Assembly: GCA_964106645.2 (NCBI GenBank)
Contig: OZ067039.1
Source: Podarcis pityusensis
Lineage: Eukaryota
Direction: 5' to 3' (one strand)
DNA length: 64,000 bases
In this document: piece after piece, positions 25,703 to 38,729 of the stretch
How positions within the stretch are numbered: position 1 is the first letter of the stretch
Layout: each line of letters begins with the position of its first letter
Translations under genes and position numbers: made by a program
Notes under the pieces: generated by a model
What the model was told of the DNA's origin: nothing
The model's database searches: none
What the model saw: the letters and a program-made list of their open reading frames with translations, nothing else

Positions 25703-27810
25703 GGGACTTCTGGAGGTGGCGCCAACGGCAATGGCGGATTCCCTCTAATTCGGAGGGAATCTGCTCCACAGAAATTGGGTCTGACACCGCTTCGGCGCAG
25801 CGGGGACCCTTTAAATCACAGGCGGGTGAAGCCTGTGACCCTGGGACTCGGCGGGCACTGTTTGCGCCCCCCCAATCTGTAAAGGAACCCGGCAACGGGC
25901 TCCAGAACAGAGCGGGGAAGTGGCGCTGTGCTGTGAGTCGTCTGCTTCTTTTGTGGAGTGAAGCCGCGTAGCTGTTGCCGGAGAGCGCTGCCTTTTTTCC
26001 TGGACAATTCAGACTTTAAAACAAATACCCGTGAGTACTTAGAATTTGAACAAATGGGACAGTAAATGAAGATTTGTGAAAAGGACAGAATTGGACTATT
26101 AAAAAAAAAAGAAAAAAATCTATTGCATTCGGTACGGAGCGGGAAGGGCTAAACAGGAAGTCACCCTTCCGTTCTTTTGTAAATAGAACAAAGCAAAGGC
26201 AATTTACACTAGAGCTTTGAAAATCGCTTTTAAAAGAGTGGATTCCAACATTCTAAATTGGGAATATTTTTTTGGACTACTTGAAGTAGTAAAAGGAAGT
26301 TATTTTCGTCCTGATCCTGGAGCGGGGAAGTCAGGACTGACGTGAATTTATCAAGATAACTGTGTGTGACAGATAGCTAAAAGAAGAGAATCTTTGTGAC
26401 TTTACTGTTCCCTTTCGCATTTTAAAGGAATATATATGGACAAAGTATTTCAAGTATTTTGGAAATGTAGCAAAAACAAATATAAGTCTTCCCCCTAGGG
26501 GGAGCCTTTGAAACTGTAACTAATTTCAAGGACTTGACAGCTGCTACAAAATAACCGTGGGAAAGTGTGACAATGTTTTCAGAAGTTGTGGTGTGCCTGC
26601 TTTATAAAACAAATATTCTACTGGAAGAATTACATGATAAGGTGAACCGGATGGCCAATTCGACTGGAAATCTTAGACAGGCAGTCGAAGGTTTTGACCA
26701 GACTGTGGGAATATATGTGGAGTCTATCCAGGACTCAAACCAGGAGTGTGTTTTGACAGAACAGGGGTTTGTGGCATTAAATCAGGAGTGCGTCTTGACA
26801 TAACAGTCCCAACAGGAGTTTGATCCTTCGGATTTGACAAAGGAACTTGGAAAAAACCAGATCTGGGAAGGGAAAGTTTGGTGTGGTTTGGAAATGGGGG
26901 GCTGGATTGACCCCCCTATGTCGGGATATCTGGACTTTTTAAATACAGTAACAGGCTGCGATATGTTTGGAATTGTGGGGGCCCACAATTTCGGAGGGCC
27001 CTTGAAGCATGCTCTTAAATACTACATGGAACGCAGCGATGAATACGGAAAAGGGTCTGATCTGATGAGAAGGGCTAAAAACACTACTAAGTTGGAGTTA
27101 TCACGAGCAAGTGACTACAGCCACAAATATGAAGAAAAGCCGTGGAAGGGCCATGGAAGTGACCTGAGGGCCTCGGACATAAGGTCACCGGGTTAGATTG
27201 AGGAATAAGGACTGACAAATCCCGGAACCAGGAGGAAGGGACGTTGGATAAAGATTGGACTTGTTTATATGCTTTTTTCTCTCTTTTTTTAACTAATAGA
27301 ATGTTTTATAAAGTTGATGAATGATAGAATGATAGAAAAATGAATGATAGAAAAATGTTGGAAGAAATTACCTGGCTTTAGTAAAGATGCATAAAGAATT
27401 ATGAAAGAACATTATGAACACAAGAAGTTGGTAAAGTTAAGACTTAAATTTTAAACTTTAAGGTTTATTTTATTATAGAAAGACAGGATTAAATTAGTTG
27501 AGAATTCCTTTTATGTTGTTTTTTTTGAAATATGGAAAGGAAAGGATTTGCTGGGATAATTAATAACTAGAATACAAAGGAAGGGAGGAGGAGGAGGTCT
27601 AAGAAAGAAGGTAATGACAGTTAAGGATCTGAAAATAATGAATTTGTTCTGTTTTCTTTTATTTTTCTTCTGTATCTTCTATTTTCTCATATTTTTATTT
27701 TTATTTTTTGTATTTTTTGTGTGTAAGCTTTTGTATTTTTTATTTTTTGTTTTTGTGTAAGCTTTGTATTTTTTGAAATTTCAATAAACATCATTTAAAA
27801 ACAAAAAAAC
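25703..27810 (+). mobile_element. Non-autonomous L1-like retroelement, copy B (2108 bp)
   Basis: TSD caaaatgtatgaacatagg (25684-25702 / 27811-27829); 5' end alignable to copy A; T-rich 3' UTR, AATAAA and A-rich tail. Confidence 0.85.
26573..27196 (+). pseudogene. ORF of retroelement copy B with one nonsense codon (TAA 26801-26803)
   Basis: ORF-track pieces 26567-26803 and 26834-27196 are in the same frame; ends DLRASDIRSPG* like copy A DLRALDRRSPG*. Confidence 0.7.
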
Positions 27811-27947
27811 CAAAATGTATGAACATAGGAAGCCGCCTTACTCTGAGTCCGACCATTGTTCTTTGTAGCTTAGTTTTGTTTGACTCCCTAGATTTCCAGA
27901 TGGGGCATTTCCATCTCTACCTGCAGATGCCATGGATTGAATCAGGG

Positions 27948-28377
27948 TAAGAGGCACCTAAAAGATTGTCTCTTCAGGTCCAGTGCAGAAAGGGATTTAA
28001 CCACGATTGCCTCTACCAAAAGTTCACCATGGTTCCCATTTATCAAATGGCTGCTGAATGATACTGATGACTTCATAACTTATAAAGTAGTACTATATGT
28101 GTTGGCAGCTAAAAAGATCAGGAGAAAAGAACTAGTTAAAATAGCGGTCAATTGCAAAAGTGATTCAGACATTTAAGCTGCCACATTCTATCTGAGAACC
28201 CCCTGCTATTATATCGTTTGCAACAAATAATTTCCAGGAGACGTGACCGTGGTTCACTGTGTTTGCAGTGCCTGATGTTTTATGGTTTTTATGGTTATTT
28301 GTTGTTTTTCTTTTTGTTTCCTTTGTGAATGATGCCATGACCTTTGGCTAGTGCAATAAAGTTTATGATGATGATGA
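27948..28377 (+). mobile_element. LINE 3' fragment (probably RTE-X) inserted in a Squam2-like SINE
   Basis: TSD tgaatcaggg; WLLNDTDDFITYKVVLYVLAAKKIR; AATAAA plus (TGA)n tail. Confidence 0.6.
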
Positions 28378-28476
28378 TGAATCAGGGACCTTCTGCATGC
28401 AAAGCAGATGCTGTACTATTGAGCTTTGAATTTCATGTAGCACGTCTGTAGTTTTTATCCCCTATGTGGATAAATG

Positions 28477-28790
28477 GATACATATCCATTCTTAAGGAAA
28501 TCAGCCCTGAGTGCTCACTGGAAGGACAGATCGTGAAGCTGAGGCTCCAATACTTTGGCCACCTCATGAGAAGAGAAGACTCCCTGGAAAAGACCCTGAT
28601 GTTGGGAAAGATTGAGGGCACAAGGAGAAGGGGACAACAGAGGACGAGATGGTTGGACAGTGTTCTCAAAGCTACAAACATGAGTCTGATCAAACTGCAG
28701 GAGGCAATGGAAGACAGGAGTGCCTAGCGTGCTCTGGTCCATGGGGTCATGAAGAGTCGGACACGACTAAACAACCAAACAACAACAACA
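28477..28790 (+). mobile_element. BovB LINE 3' fragment
   Basis: LKEISPECSLEGQIVKLRLQYFGHLMRREDSLEKTLMLGKIEG; (CAA)n tail; 13-bp TSD atgtggataaatg. Confidence 0.93.
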
Positions 28791-31700
28791 ATGTGGATAA
28801 ATGCAGCTTTGTTTTTATTTTATAAGCACAGCAGAGTCAAGAAAGGCAAAGGTTGGGTTTTTAAGACAACCTCATTCATTCATTCATTCATTCATTATAT
28901 TTGTATGCTGCTTTTCCACAAAAAAAGAGCATCATGCTCAAAGCTGCTTACAACAAAGAAATGGATGCATTTCAAACAAACACTACAAAAACAATTTCAT
29001 AATAACATAGCAAACAACACAGCACGGCAAATGACATAGCAAACAACACAGCATGTCAATAACAGCAAAGCAGTAACATAGTAACAATTTAATCATAATT
29101 TAGCAAAACAATAGCAAATATACAAAAAAACCTGATATTATAAATAGAACTATAACAACATGCAGCATACAACAGTAAAAATAACAAGGGAGCTTCACAG
29201 TTTCACCTTATTCCTAGAAGCACCACTCCTTTACCTTTTCCTCTTCAGCTGCACAGAGTTTTGCATCATTTTAGATTACAAGTTGTCAGCTTCATGATGC
29301 AAAAGAAATGTGCAACATGACAGTTACTCATTAGGGGACTCCTGAAACACAGTCTAATCATCAACATACATCACTGTTCTCACTGCATATTTATTAAGGT
29401 GTTTTGAAATTTCTGTATTTGCTGTTGGCAAACCCTCCAAGGGCTGCATGCCAGTAGTGACCGTGACCAAGGCAAAAGTGGGTGTGGACAATGTTTGTGC
29501 ATGCACACACACATGCAGACAAGACAAACAGATATCCACACACAAGCAGGTGAATAGGGAAACATGCAGACGGGCATTTCAGCTCTAATGGGTCAGACAA
29601 CCTATTTCTGCTCCTCAGGACAGTGGCAAGAAGAGTGACCCACTCAGGATAAGAGACCTCACTGGGGGCATCTTGCTCAAGGGCCTCCCAAAATCTGGAG
29701 CTGACACTTAGCCATGTGCTTATCTGCCCATGTGTACTTACCTCAACTGGGTCTCAGTTCATGCCACGTTAAACTGAGATGGTGTGGTTAGTTATTGATT
29801 GGTGGCTACTGTCTGCCTCTGTCAATCTGTCACATTGATCATGCCTGCTTTCCACAGGACAGGTGCAAAGTCTTTCATTCCTACCAGTCTTTCGAATCTT
29901 GCCGCATTTATGCCTGGGATATCATTGGATATCAGTTCTGAGTTTACTTAGATTGAGAGATGGCTAAATAGTTGAATCTGCATTTTCATTGCTGAGTGGG
30001 CATTTGAACATACATTTCCCCCACGTTGCTCAGTGCTGAACTCAAACTGGCCTGCCACAGTGACCTTTGTAAAGAACATTATCCCTTAAGCATCTCTCAT
30101 AGGCAGAGACATTCCAAATTGGCTTCCATTTTTAAACTTCATGCTACCTTTTCTAGCTATCTTTGCAAAATTCTGGCCTTTCACCAGAAGTTCTTGGCCG
30201 TTAGGATTTATTCTGAGGATTTGGGGCTCACATTTTAGACATTGTCTGGTCTAACATTAGAGAAGGAATTCGGCACAATTGGGAACTTTTGCTCCCCAAG
30301 CTGAATAAGTTGACTATTAGTGCTTTAAGTGACTGTCAGCCTTTAATCGCCCTATCTGATCCCCAGAGTCCACATCATGTGCCAGTTTCTTCTGCCAGGC
30401 TTATATTTCAGGTAATGGGGGTACATGCAGAAGCCTGCAACATCAGCTTCACTGCATAGGGAGGGAGGTCCCCTGGCAGAAAAGGTACCTGTCATTTCCA
30501 AGGACACTGCCTTTTGGTGTTGCATAAAATGTCAGATGATGTGTGTGGGAAGCTGGTGAACAGACACATTCTGGAGTAATTGCAACAATGTGCATATACT
30601 GTAACATCTGAAGTTCCTCACTGGCAATTGGTGTAGAATAAATGGATAGGAATATATCTGTTTGCTGGATTTATGCTACGGTAAATTCTATACATTTATA
30701 GTTCTACTGAATTAGAGAGTAGGGAAACAGGCTAACTCTTCTGGGAATGCTATTAAGCACAGGCAAATCTATGTGGCCTTTTCTGTCCTGCACTCTGGGC
30801 ATCCAGTAAGAGGGTCAGGTAATGCCAATGCTGCTTCTAGTCAACGTTATTGATGTAGTTCATCTGTCCCCCAGAGCATATACTACAACGCACCAATTCC
30901 TAGGCATTAACTAAACATTTTTAGAACTTTATTCCCACTAAATTCCTAACAACTACCCTGCTTCATTTCTTGATTCTGAACCAGATCAATTTTATTTTAA
31001 GAAGTCTTTCTGGTACACCCAGGAAACCCAACAACACACTCCCCCATTGGAAACAGCCTAAGTCAACCATATCTTACAACTGTGCACAAAAAAATGTGCA
31101 GTTTGGAACAATCCCTTTAAACAGCTTATTCCTAAGCATTCAGACACTGAGTCCATTTAGACACTTGTTTTTGTCTGCTTGCATTAGAATGTATTAAAGT
31201 ATCCCAATAGTACATTAAGTAGTTAACACGTGTTGTCTAAATTATACTCTTCCAGGAGATGCAAGTTCTAGTTACCATGTGCGCAACAATTTTTTTCAAG
31301 TGGCTGAATGCTGAGTTAAAGTGATCATGTCAGATCTTCACTTCTCTCTATTGGCTGCCATTCACATTCAATGCAAAACTTATTTACTTAGTAGTATTTT
31401 CATGGCATTCCCCTACCCTGCTATTTTGGTCCTTTATTCTGATATATCCCTGCAAGAGACATTCCCCATCACTACTCTGTCACCCATGTTCACCCCCAAG
31501 GTTTCCTGCTCCTTTCTCTCTCTGGTTATCAGTGTGCTGGAACTCCTTTTTAGATGATCTATGATGGAATTATTATATCTGTATCTGTCCCCTGACCATA
31601 ATCACATAGTTAAAAAATCTCAGTTATGACCTTCATTACATTTATTTGTGCTTTTTGTCATTTTACCTTACACTGCCATAGCCTTTTTATGCTACCTTGG

Positions 31701-33710
31701 GTATATTGATCAGTTATGTGTTCGATAGATAGAGAAAATAAGAGCAAGAAAACAGAGGTGCAATCAGGAACATATATACTGAACACATTTTCCAGAATGG
31801 TAGTTGTGGTAATTGCTTGAAAACAACTGGAAAGAGTCTTGTTGTTACACTTTAAACTCTAAACCATTTATTAAGGCACAAAGCTCGATGGATTAGAGTC
31901 CACCTCCTCAGATGCAACAAGCCTTATCCTCAGGTACTCTTCTTGTTTGCCATCCCAGAAAGCATCTGGTTTAACAGATAGGCTCTAAAACCTACTAAGT
32001 GTTGTGTATCTCAATGCTACCCATATATATAGACTCTGTGCTTTAGTGAATGTGCTATATACTTTTATATTTTGAACAACAATGATGCTTGTTGGTGTCT
32101 GGTGTCAACCATGCTACCAATCTCTTTGTTGTAAATATACATCTTTGATGACAGTGAGATGGCACATAGCATTGTTTATTCATCAGCACAGGAAGAAATG
32201 TGGAATGATTGGCAGCCCTGAAGGGCAGAGACAATTTTATTTCCTTTCATCTTTAGGATGTAGGTGAATTGGGAAAGTAGGTTCCCTGTTTTCATCCCTT
32301 ATCTAAAAGTATCCACTCTTTCAGAGGAAAGGGCCATTTTATGGCAAATCTTTTGCTGACATTTCTTAATTATATCCAGCATGATGCCCAGAGGAACTGC
32401 AGAACTGTTTTGAAGTGTTGGTGCGGTGGGAGGTAGTCCAGAGAGCAGCCCAGTCACCAGATGTCTCCTGCCTTTTTCTTGAGAAGGTCTGTGGTGGCTC
32501 AAGGGCATTCTGAACTCTTGTTTTGGCCACAGGGAGAGGCTACCTGCTTGTCTGTCTGAGTCTGTCGTACAGATGCAGAACGACACAGGTGTGCATAACA
32601 AGTGCTGCTGAATGTAACAGGAGCTTTACAAATGTGGCCTTTTATTCTCCAGAATTACATTTTAAAAAGAGAGGCAAGAATTAAGGGCCAAGGGAACAAT
32701 GTTGGTTGCGCTCTCTCTCTCTCTCTCTGCTGGCAAAATCAGCCACCCAGCACAACAGTTAAGCCAATGTATACTATTTCTCATAGTCAGGTGATTTTAA
32801 AGACAGTTGTTGGTCCCTCTGCTTAATAGTATCATAATCTTATGGGGCAAGAAAGGAAGATCCAGACAGTAATCATTAAGTCACCGTAACAAAGTTTATA
32901 TTACACGGGTTGGCTGCAGTTGGGGTGGGAATTATGTAAAGTTTGTAGGATGACCAAAAAAACCCCAATCAAGAATAAAATAAAATAGCTGGGAAACAAA
33001 GGATTTGGTTCTGAGTTGCATATGAAGATTAAATATTATCTTAAGAGCCTCCCTTCCCCACTCAGTGTGGAGAAGTGAAAATGGAAAAAAGAGGATATGT
33101 TAAATGGAGCACATGGCAGCAACATTTCACATGTGAGAACATGCTTCAAAAGCATTATTTATTATAACAAAATTTGAAAAACAGTACATATCTCAAAATA
33201 TAAAGATACCTGAAGGAAAATGCATCATACACAAAAAAATTAGATTGATATACATTACCTTAGAATTTATTATTTCAATGATTTATACACTCATTTTAAA
33301 AAAGCAAAAAACAAAAACACCTGCTGTTCTTTTGCTCTAGTATATGACATTATTATTATTATTAAGCTACTATCTATCTTTGCCCCAAAGAATCCAATAT
33401 AAAAGGAGTTCTTGGAAATTGTCATTCAGTCTGTCTAATAAAAGTGAGCAGACTGCTTCTGTATCGTCATTAAAATTAAACCTTTCAAACATCTAAGTAG
33501 AACAGTTTTCAGAGCAAATGACAAAAGCAGAGGTTGGGAAGATGTGGCCTCCCAACTCCCATCAGCCCCAACAACATGGCCAGTGGTCATGGTTGTAGGA
33601 GATGGAGTCCAACAACAAGTTGGAGGGTCACAGGTTTCTCATCCCTGTGGTAAAATAATATATTTTTTATTATCACCAGAAAGCCTTAGAGACATACATT
33701 GGTTTTAGCT

Positions 33711-33984
33711 CAGGGGTCAGCAAGGTTTACCTCGCCTGGGTCAGTTCACTCCAGTGGAGATCCCTCCGTGGGCCAGATAACGTGCATGCCCACAGTTTTC
33801 AGCGTCTCCACATGCACAGACGCGATTTTTGGCGCCGCGGAAGTGAGTCACCACGCTGTGCCGGTTTAGCACAGCATGCGGGGGCTTGCCAAGCAGGCAG
33901 CTCAGTTCAGGGGCAGCTCGTGGGCTGGTTAAACGACCCCTGTGGGCTGCTTGTGGCTCATGGGCCTTAGGTTGCCGACCCCTG
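33711..33984. mobile_element. hAT (Charlie-like) MITE
   Basis: TIR caggggtcagcaa / ttgccgacccctg; perfect 8-bp TSD ttttagct. Confidence 0.85.
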
Positions 33985-34025
33985 TTTTAGCTGGTATTTC
34001 ATCTTATTAAAAAACTTTTCATATA

Positions 34026-34240
34026 CAGTGATACCTCGGGTTAAGCACTTAATTTGTTCTGGAGGTCCGTTTTTAACCTGAAACTGTTCTTAACCTGAGA
34101 CACCACTTTAGCTAATGGGGCCTCCCACTGCCGCCGTGCCATTTCTGTTCTCATCCTGAAGCAAAGTTCTTAACCTGAGGTAATATCTCTGGGTTAGCGG
34201 AGTCTGTAACCTGAAGGGTCTGTAACCCGAGGTACCACTG
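34026..34240. mobile_element. Tigger/pogo-like MITE
   Basis: Same family as 9594-9819; TA flanks. Confidence 0.8.
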
Positions 34241-34517
34241 TACTATAGCTACTACATCAGTTTATTCACATTTTTATCCCATTTCCCCCCCCATCTTATT
34301 TATAGTTGGTTGGGACTATTTCCCTTTGTTCGTATTGTTCACTAGAAAGTCTAGTGCCAAAAGTCTTGCATTAGTGAACAGTTTCCAAAATGTGTGAAAA
34401 TGTTCTGCTCCTGACATCTCCAGATACCACCTTGTGTCATTTCTTTCGCTACCAGTTGTCATGCCCAGTGCTGTGGAGATGAATGTCAGCCTGAAATATT
34501 GCATCTCATTGGCGCTA

Positions 34518-34663
34518 TCAGGAGTTTTGAAAGCCCCAGACTTCTAGAAGCTGCACCTGGAAGTTTTCTTGGCAGAGAGGAGGGTTGTCAAATGTTTCGC
34601 AGTGCTCCGTTCTCCCATGATGCAGATCAGCGTCAATAAACAGAGCTTGGCCTCCTCCACCAC
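34518..34663 (-). CDS. TBC1D24-like: TBC1D24-like last coding exon (TLDc C-terminus, TGA at 34518-34520)
   Basis: [47 protein letters not shown]; a minus-strand AATAAA follows at 34261-34266. Confidence 0.93.
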
Positions 34664-35742
34664 CTGGGGGGAAACGAACAGAGATTTGTTATGGGCTGTT
34701 GCTGGCTATGAAAAGCAAACTGAAATGCTGTCCTCTGTTGTATGATCAGTAGCAGATTTCATTGCTGTGAAGTTAAATCTGAAACACTCTGATTGGAGGA
34801 CAGCAGCATATGCAGGGGCACAGAAAAGAAATGTGTGTACGGTATATCGGCCCCAAATTTTGTATTTTGCAAAACTAGTTCCTTTTCATTATAGAGTTAC
34901 TCTGTGAACAAACCACCTGCTGAAACATAGTAACAACCATTCAAATGACTTCATCTAAATAATTGAACTGGTGAAAGACAGCAAAGGGATTAATCTTGCA
35001 TTTCCAAAGACTAAACCTGACCTAAATTTCAACACGGTTTGCAAGGAGCTCCAAAATAAGCTTTTAAACTGGAAAGGCATATGCCTATCTTACGCCAAAG
35101 TACTTGGGAATATTTTCTGTGCTAATGTGATCATGTAGCCTCCTAGTGGCTGTCATCAGTAGCCATAGTTTTCTCAAGCTGCGTGTGCTGCTAGGTTGCT
35201 CACGTATAGCACAGCACCCCTGCATTATATATGAGCACAAAGGTCTCTCAGTTTAGATTAATGCCTTATTCTGCATGCAAACAGTGTAGACCGTAGGTGT
35301 ATATTGCTGCATGCTGCATGCAAGCAGTCAGGCCTCACTGAACCATCACTGGTAGGCTGTCAAGTTGATATTATTTGTGCTACCTTACATAGAGCTGTAC
35401 CTGATACCAGTGCAAGGCTTCTCATCACTCAGTTCCTCTATGAAATGTTTTGGTTTATCCTTTACCCCTAACAGCAGGGATGCGGGATCTGTTGCTAAAC
35501 TGCAACTCCCATCAGACCCAACCAGCATGGTCAATGTTTAGGTGTTTGTGCAGGATAGGTCACATGGCACATTCAGTTCTACCCCAACAACACCATGCCA
35601 CTGCTGCCTTCCTTCCCTGCCAGCAACTGCCGCTTGAGGCAGCTTCCCCACTCTAACGATAGGGCCAGTCCTGGGCACCAGAAATGTCTGTGGCACTACG
35701 GTCTCTGTGACAGCTATAGTGTCATAGTAGAAGCATAGCTAC

Positions 35743-36007
35743 CTATGATGATCTCTTTCTGAGTTCCAGACATGAACATGGAGGCTGTTTTGGAAGGCAG
35801 CTTGAAGTGTCGAATTGCCAGGAATGGAGAGAGGCGGTATTTAATCATGTCCAGCACTGGCACAGTGAGGTGGTTTGAGCTGGTTGTTGAGTGACCCTCG
35901 GATGAGAAGGGAGACGGAGAGCGCGGGCGTGGGGATCGAGGCAGAGCTTTAGCTTGTTCCGGCTTCTTGATGAACACCCACTCGTATCGCTCCATTTCTG
36001 GGTGAAC
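35743..36007 (-). CDS. TBC1D24-like: TBC1D24-like exon (265 nt)
   Basis: VHPEMERYEWVFIKKPE...RLSPFLAIRHFKLPSKTASMFMSGTQKEIII-G; phase-1 donor GTAGCT. Confidence 0.92.
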
Positions 36008-36243
36008 CTTTCAAAGCAAAAGAACATAAATCAAGTATATTTTTCCATTGCGGTTGCTCTGCTAGGGCAGCACAGGAACAGGAGGGCACATAGGACAGCT
36101 GCCTGAGCCCATCTGACTGGCAAGAGCTCCCCAGGGTTTCAGGCAGCGGTCTCTCCTAGTCCTGGAGGTGCCAGAGATTGAACGTGGCACTATTTGCATG
36201 CTAAGCAGATGTGATACTCTGAGCTGTGGCCCTTCCCCTAGGA

Positions 36244-36449
36244 CAGAGCTTTCCAAACCTTTCCTGTTGGTGACACACTTTTATGACATGTATCATTTCA
36301 TGATACAGTAATTTAGTTTTACTAGCAAACTGGAGGTCAAACTACCCCCTTTCCAGCCCTGGGAGGTGCCCAGGGAGTTTTCATGCGGCACACCTACACA
36401 CTGGAGGCAACACACTAAAGTGTCACGACACAGAGTTTGGAAAGCTCTG
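36244..36449. mobile_element. hAT-like MITE
   Basis: TIR cagagctttccaaac / gtttggaaagctctg. Confidence 0.7.
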
Positions 36450-37882
36450 CCTCAGGGCATGACTCCTTGAGGGAACTGGTTCCAACTGAGCTCCTGGTAA
36501 ACTCAATATGAACATAGTGCACATAGAATTTCAGGGTTGGAGGGAACCTTCAAGATAATCTAGACCAGGGTTTTCCAAACTTGGGTCTCCAGCTGATTTT
36601 GGACTACAGTCCCAGTCATCCCTGACCACTGGTCCTGCTAGCTGGGGAAGATAGGAGTTGTAGTCCAAAAATAGCTGACGAAGCAAGTTTGGGAAACCCT
36701 GAAGTAGACCAACCCCCTGATTAGCGCAAGTGGAATGTTGCAACTTCAGGTTGTTATGAGCCCTGAGGAGATATCTTGGCAGGGCTGGTTGGAGGAGGGT
36801 TGAGATATGATGGATGAGCTGGGTCCTGGGAAGGGGCCAAGTGGTCTAGGAGATGCCAAGCAGGACCTGGTGGGGACAGGACGGAGTCATTATTTTGGAG
36901 ACATTCCTACCATGAAAGTGGCAGATATCTGAACTGAAGAGGGGGAGCTGCCCGACTCAGCCCCCAACCCACTTCCAGCTAATGACAATTCCCCAGAAAC
37001 CAGGGAGGTGCCTGAATTTTGGCCAGGCAGTGAACCAGACTCCATCTCCCAAGTACACACCAACATGAATGCTACTGTGAGCAGACACAGCCTGCTCACA
37101 GGAGTGCCTACTTGCTTGCCCAGTTGTGTTACTTGGATCCACACAAATGGCTGTGCCTGCCCTATTCTTCAAACAGAAAGCCAAGGAGGCATGACAGGGG
37201 TTGAGACCACCTGGCCATGAACTTAGAACTCTGCTTATGAACTGTGTAACCTGCACCCTGATTTATGTTTAGGCCATGCAGTGAACTGTGGAATGAAGCC
37301 TTTGGTAGCAATGAAGCCCAGTGTCCATGTACTGTGTCTGAGAAGGGAAGCCAGGACATAGATAGCCATCCAGCCTCTGCTTAAATTCTGCCAATGAAGG
37401 AGGGTATGTCACAGTTATTAAGCAGTGGTTGTAGTTGGCTGCAACACCCAGACTCCTAGTAGTGAATTGGTTGGTTCACTACTTGGTGAAGCTGCTCTGG
37501 CAACTTCTGTACATGCAGGAAGCTCACTGTGTTCACATGCCATGCTGCACTTTCAGAACAAGGTGGCGCAGAAGAGGAAATTGCAACTCTTCTACAGCCG
37601 GCTGGCCGCCTTACCTAGTAGGGGTGTTGAGACTCACAGCTACATTTTGGGATAGGCAGAGTGGGCTTCAACTTAAGCCTGAAAATGCATTTTGAGGCCC
37701 ACATTTAATTTTTACTGCTTATTTATATGGTGTTGGTGCTGCTGGTGGGACCCATTTTAGTTCGGACTGTGATCCAGTATTGGTCAGGCTGTGACCTACC
37801 AGTTGAAGGCCAATGAATAAAAGGACTTTAAAAATTGTAAAATCAACCCAATCTCCATTGCGGGAATAAATTTTAGACTCAC

Positions 37883-37978
37883 TGTGAAAACAAAGCATTC
37901 TCCTGTGCCAAAGAAACTTGATGCCCCCCCACTTTTTTTCCTTTCGCTCCAGTCGGAGGACAGAAATGCTCCACACAC
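37883..37978 (-). CDS. TBC1D24-like: TBC1D24-like exon (96 nt)
   Basis: [32 protein letters not shown]; donor GTGAGT. Confidence 0.93.
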
Positions 37979-38591
37979 CTGTATGGAAGGAAGAGGCAAG
38001 AAGCAATGAATTCTGTCATTTGTCATTCCTAGAGGATCTCAGAAAAAGCTGAGGAGCCAAATATCTATATTTTATCACAGAAGATTGATAGGGTCACTCC
38101 CTTCGAACACTTTAATTGGAGCAGCACAGCCATAATTGGATATGGCTATGTACCAAATAGAGTAGTGTCACAAAATGAGATACTATCACAGTCTTTTAGC
38201 CATTTTATGACAGCATAATAAGGAGATAAAACTGGAGCAAATATTAGGATAGGGACTTTGGATTGACAGAGAGCTTAAGGTTTGTAATTTGTGATCTCTC
38301 GCTGTTAATTAAACTAAATTTTAAAATTTGTCTTCCCTTCAATGACATGCAGATCTGGGGTGTCTAACAAATCAAAGAAACATGAATTACACGCTATAAT
38401 TCAAGCCTTCTTTTAAAAAGTTTTAAGCTAAACAGCATGAAACCAGAACATTAAAAAGTTAAAAACTTTAAAGAGCACCATAAAATTCCCCAGAAAAGTC
38501 CTGAAGGCTGAGCCTTCTTGGAGAGAAGATTGTAGAGGCAAAGCACCACAACAGAAAAGGCCTCTCCTCACTCACCTCTGATCACCTAGAC

Positions 38592-38729
38592 CAGTGGTTC
38601 TCAACCTGTGGGTCCCCAGATGTTGTTGGACTACAACTCCTATCATCCCTGAGCTCTGGCCTTGCTAGCTAGGGGTGATAGGAGTTGTAGTTCAACAACA
38701 TCTGGGGACCCACAGGTTGAGAAAGGCTG
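38592..38729. mobile_element. Palindromic hAT MITE; degenerate relatives near 6.2-6.5, 9.9, 15.5, 20.5, 33.5, 36.6 and 61.4 kb
   Basis: Fold-back sequence with ggactacaactcc / ggagttgtagttc; perfect TSD acctagac. Confidence 0.85.

Noticed and set aside
29750-30850. Repeat-poor intergenic stretch as a conserved enhancer or hidden exons
   Set aside because: No coherent exon chain or homology visible; cannot be supported without alignments
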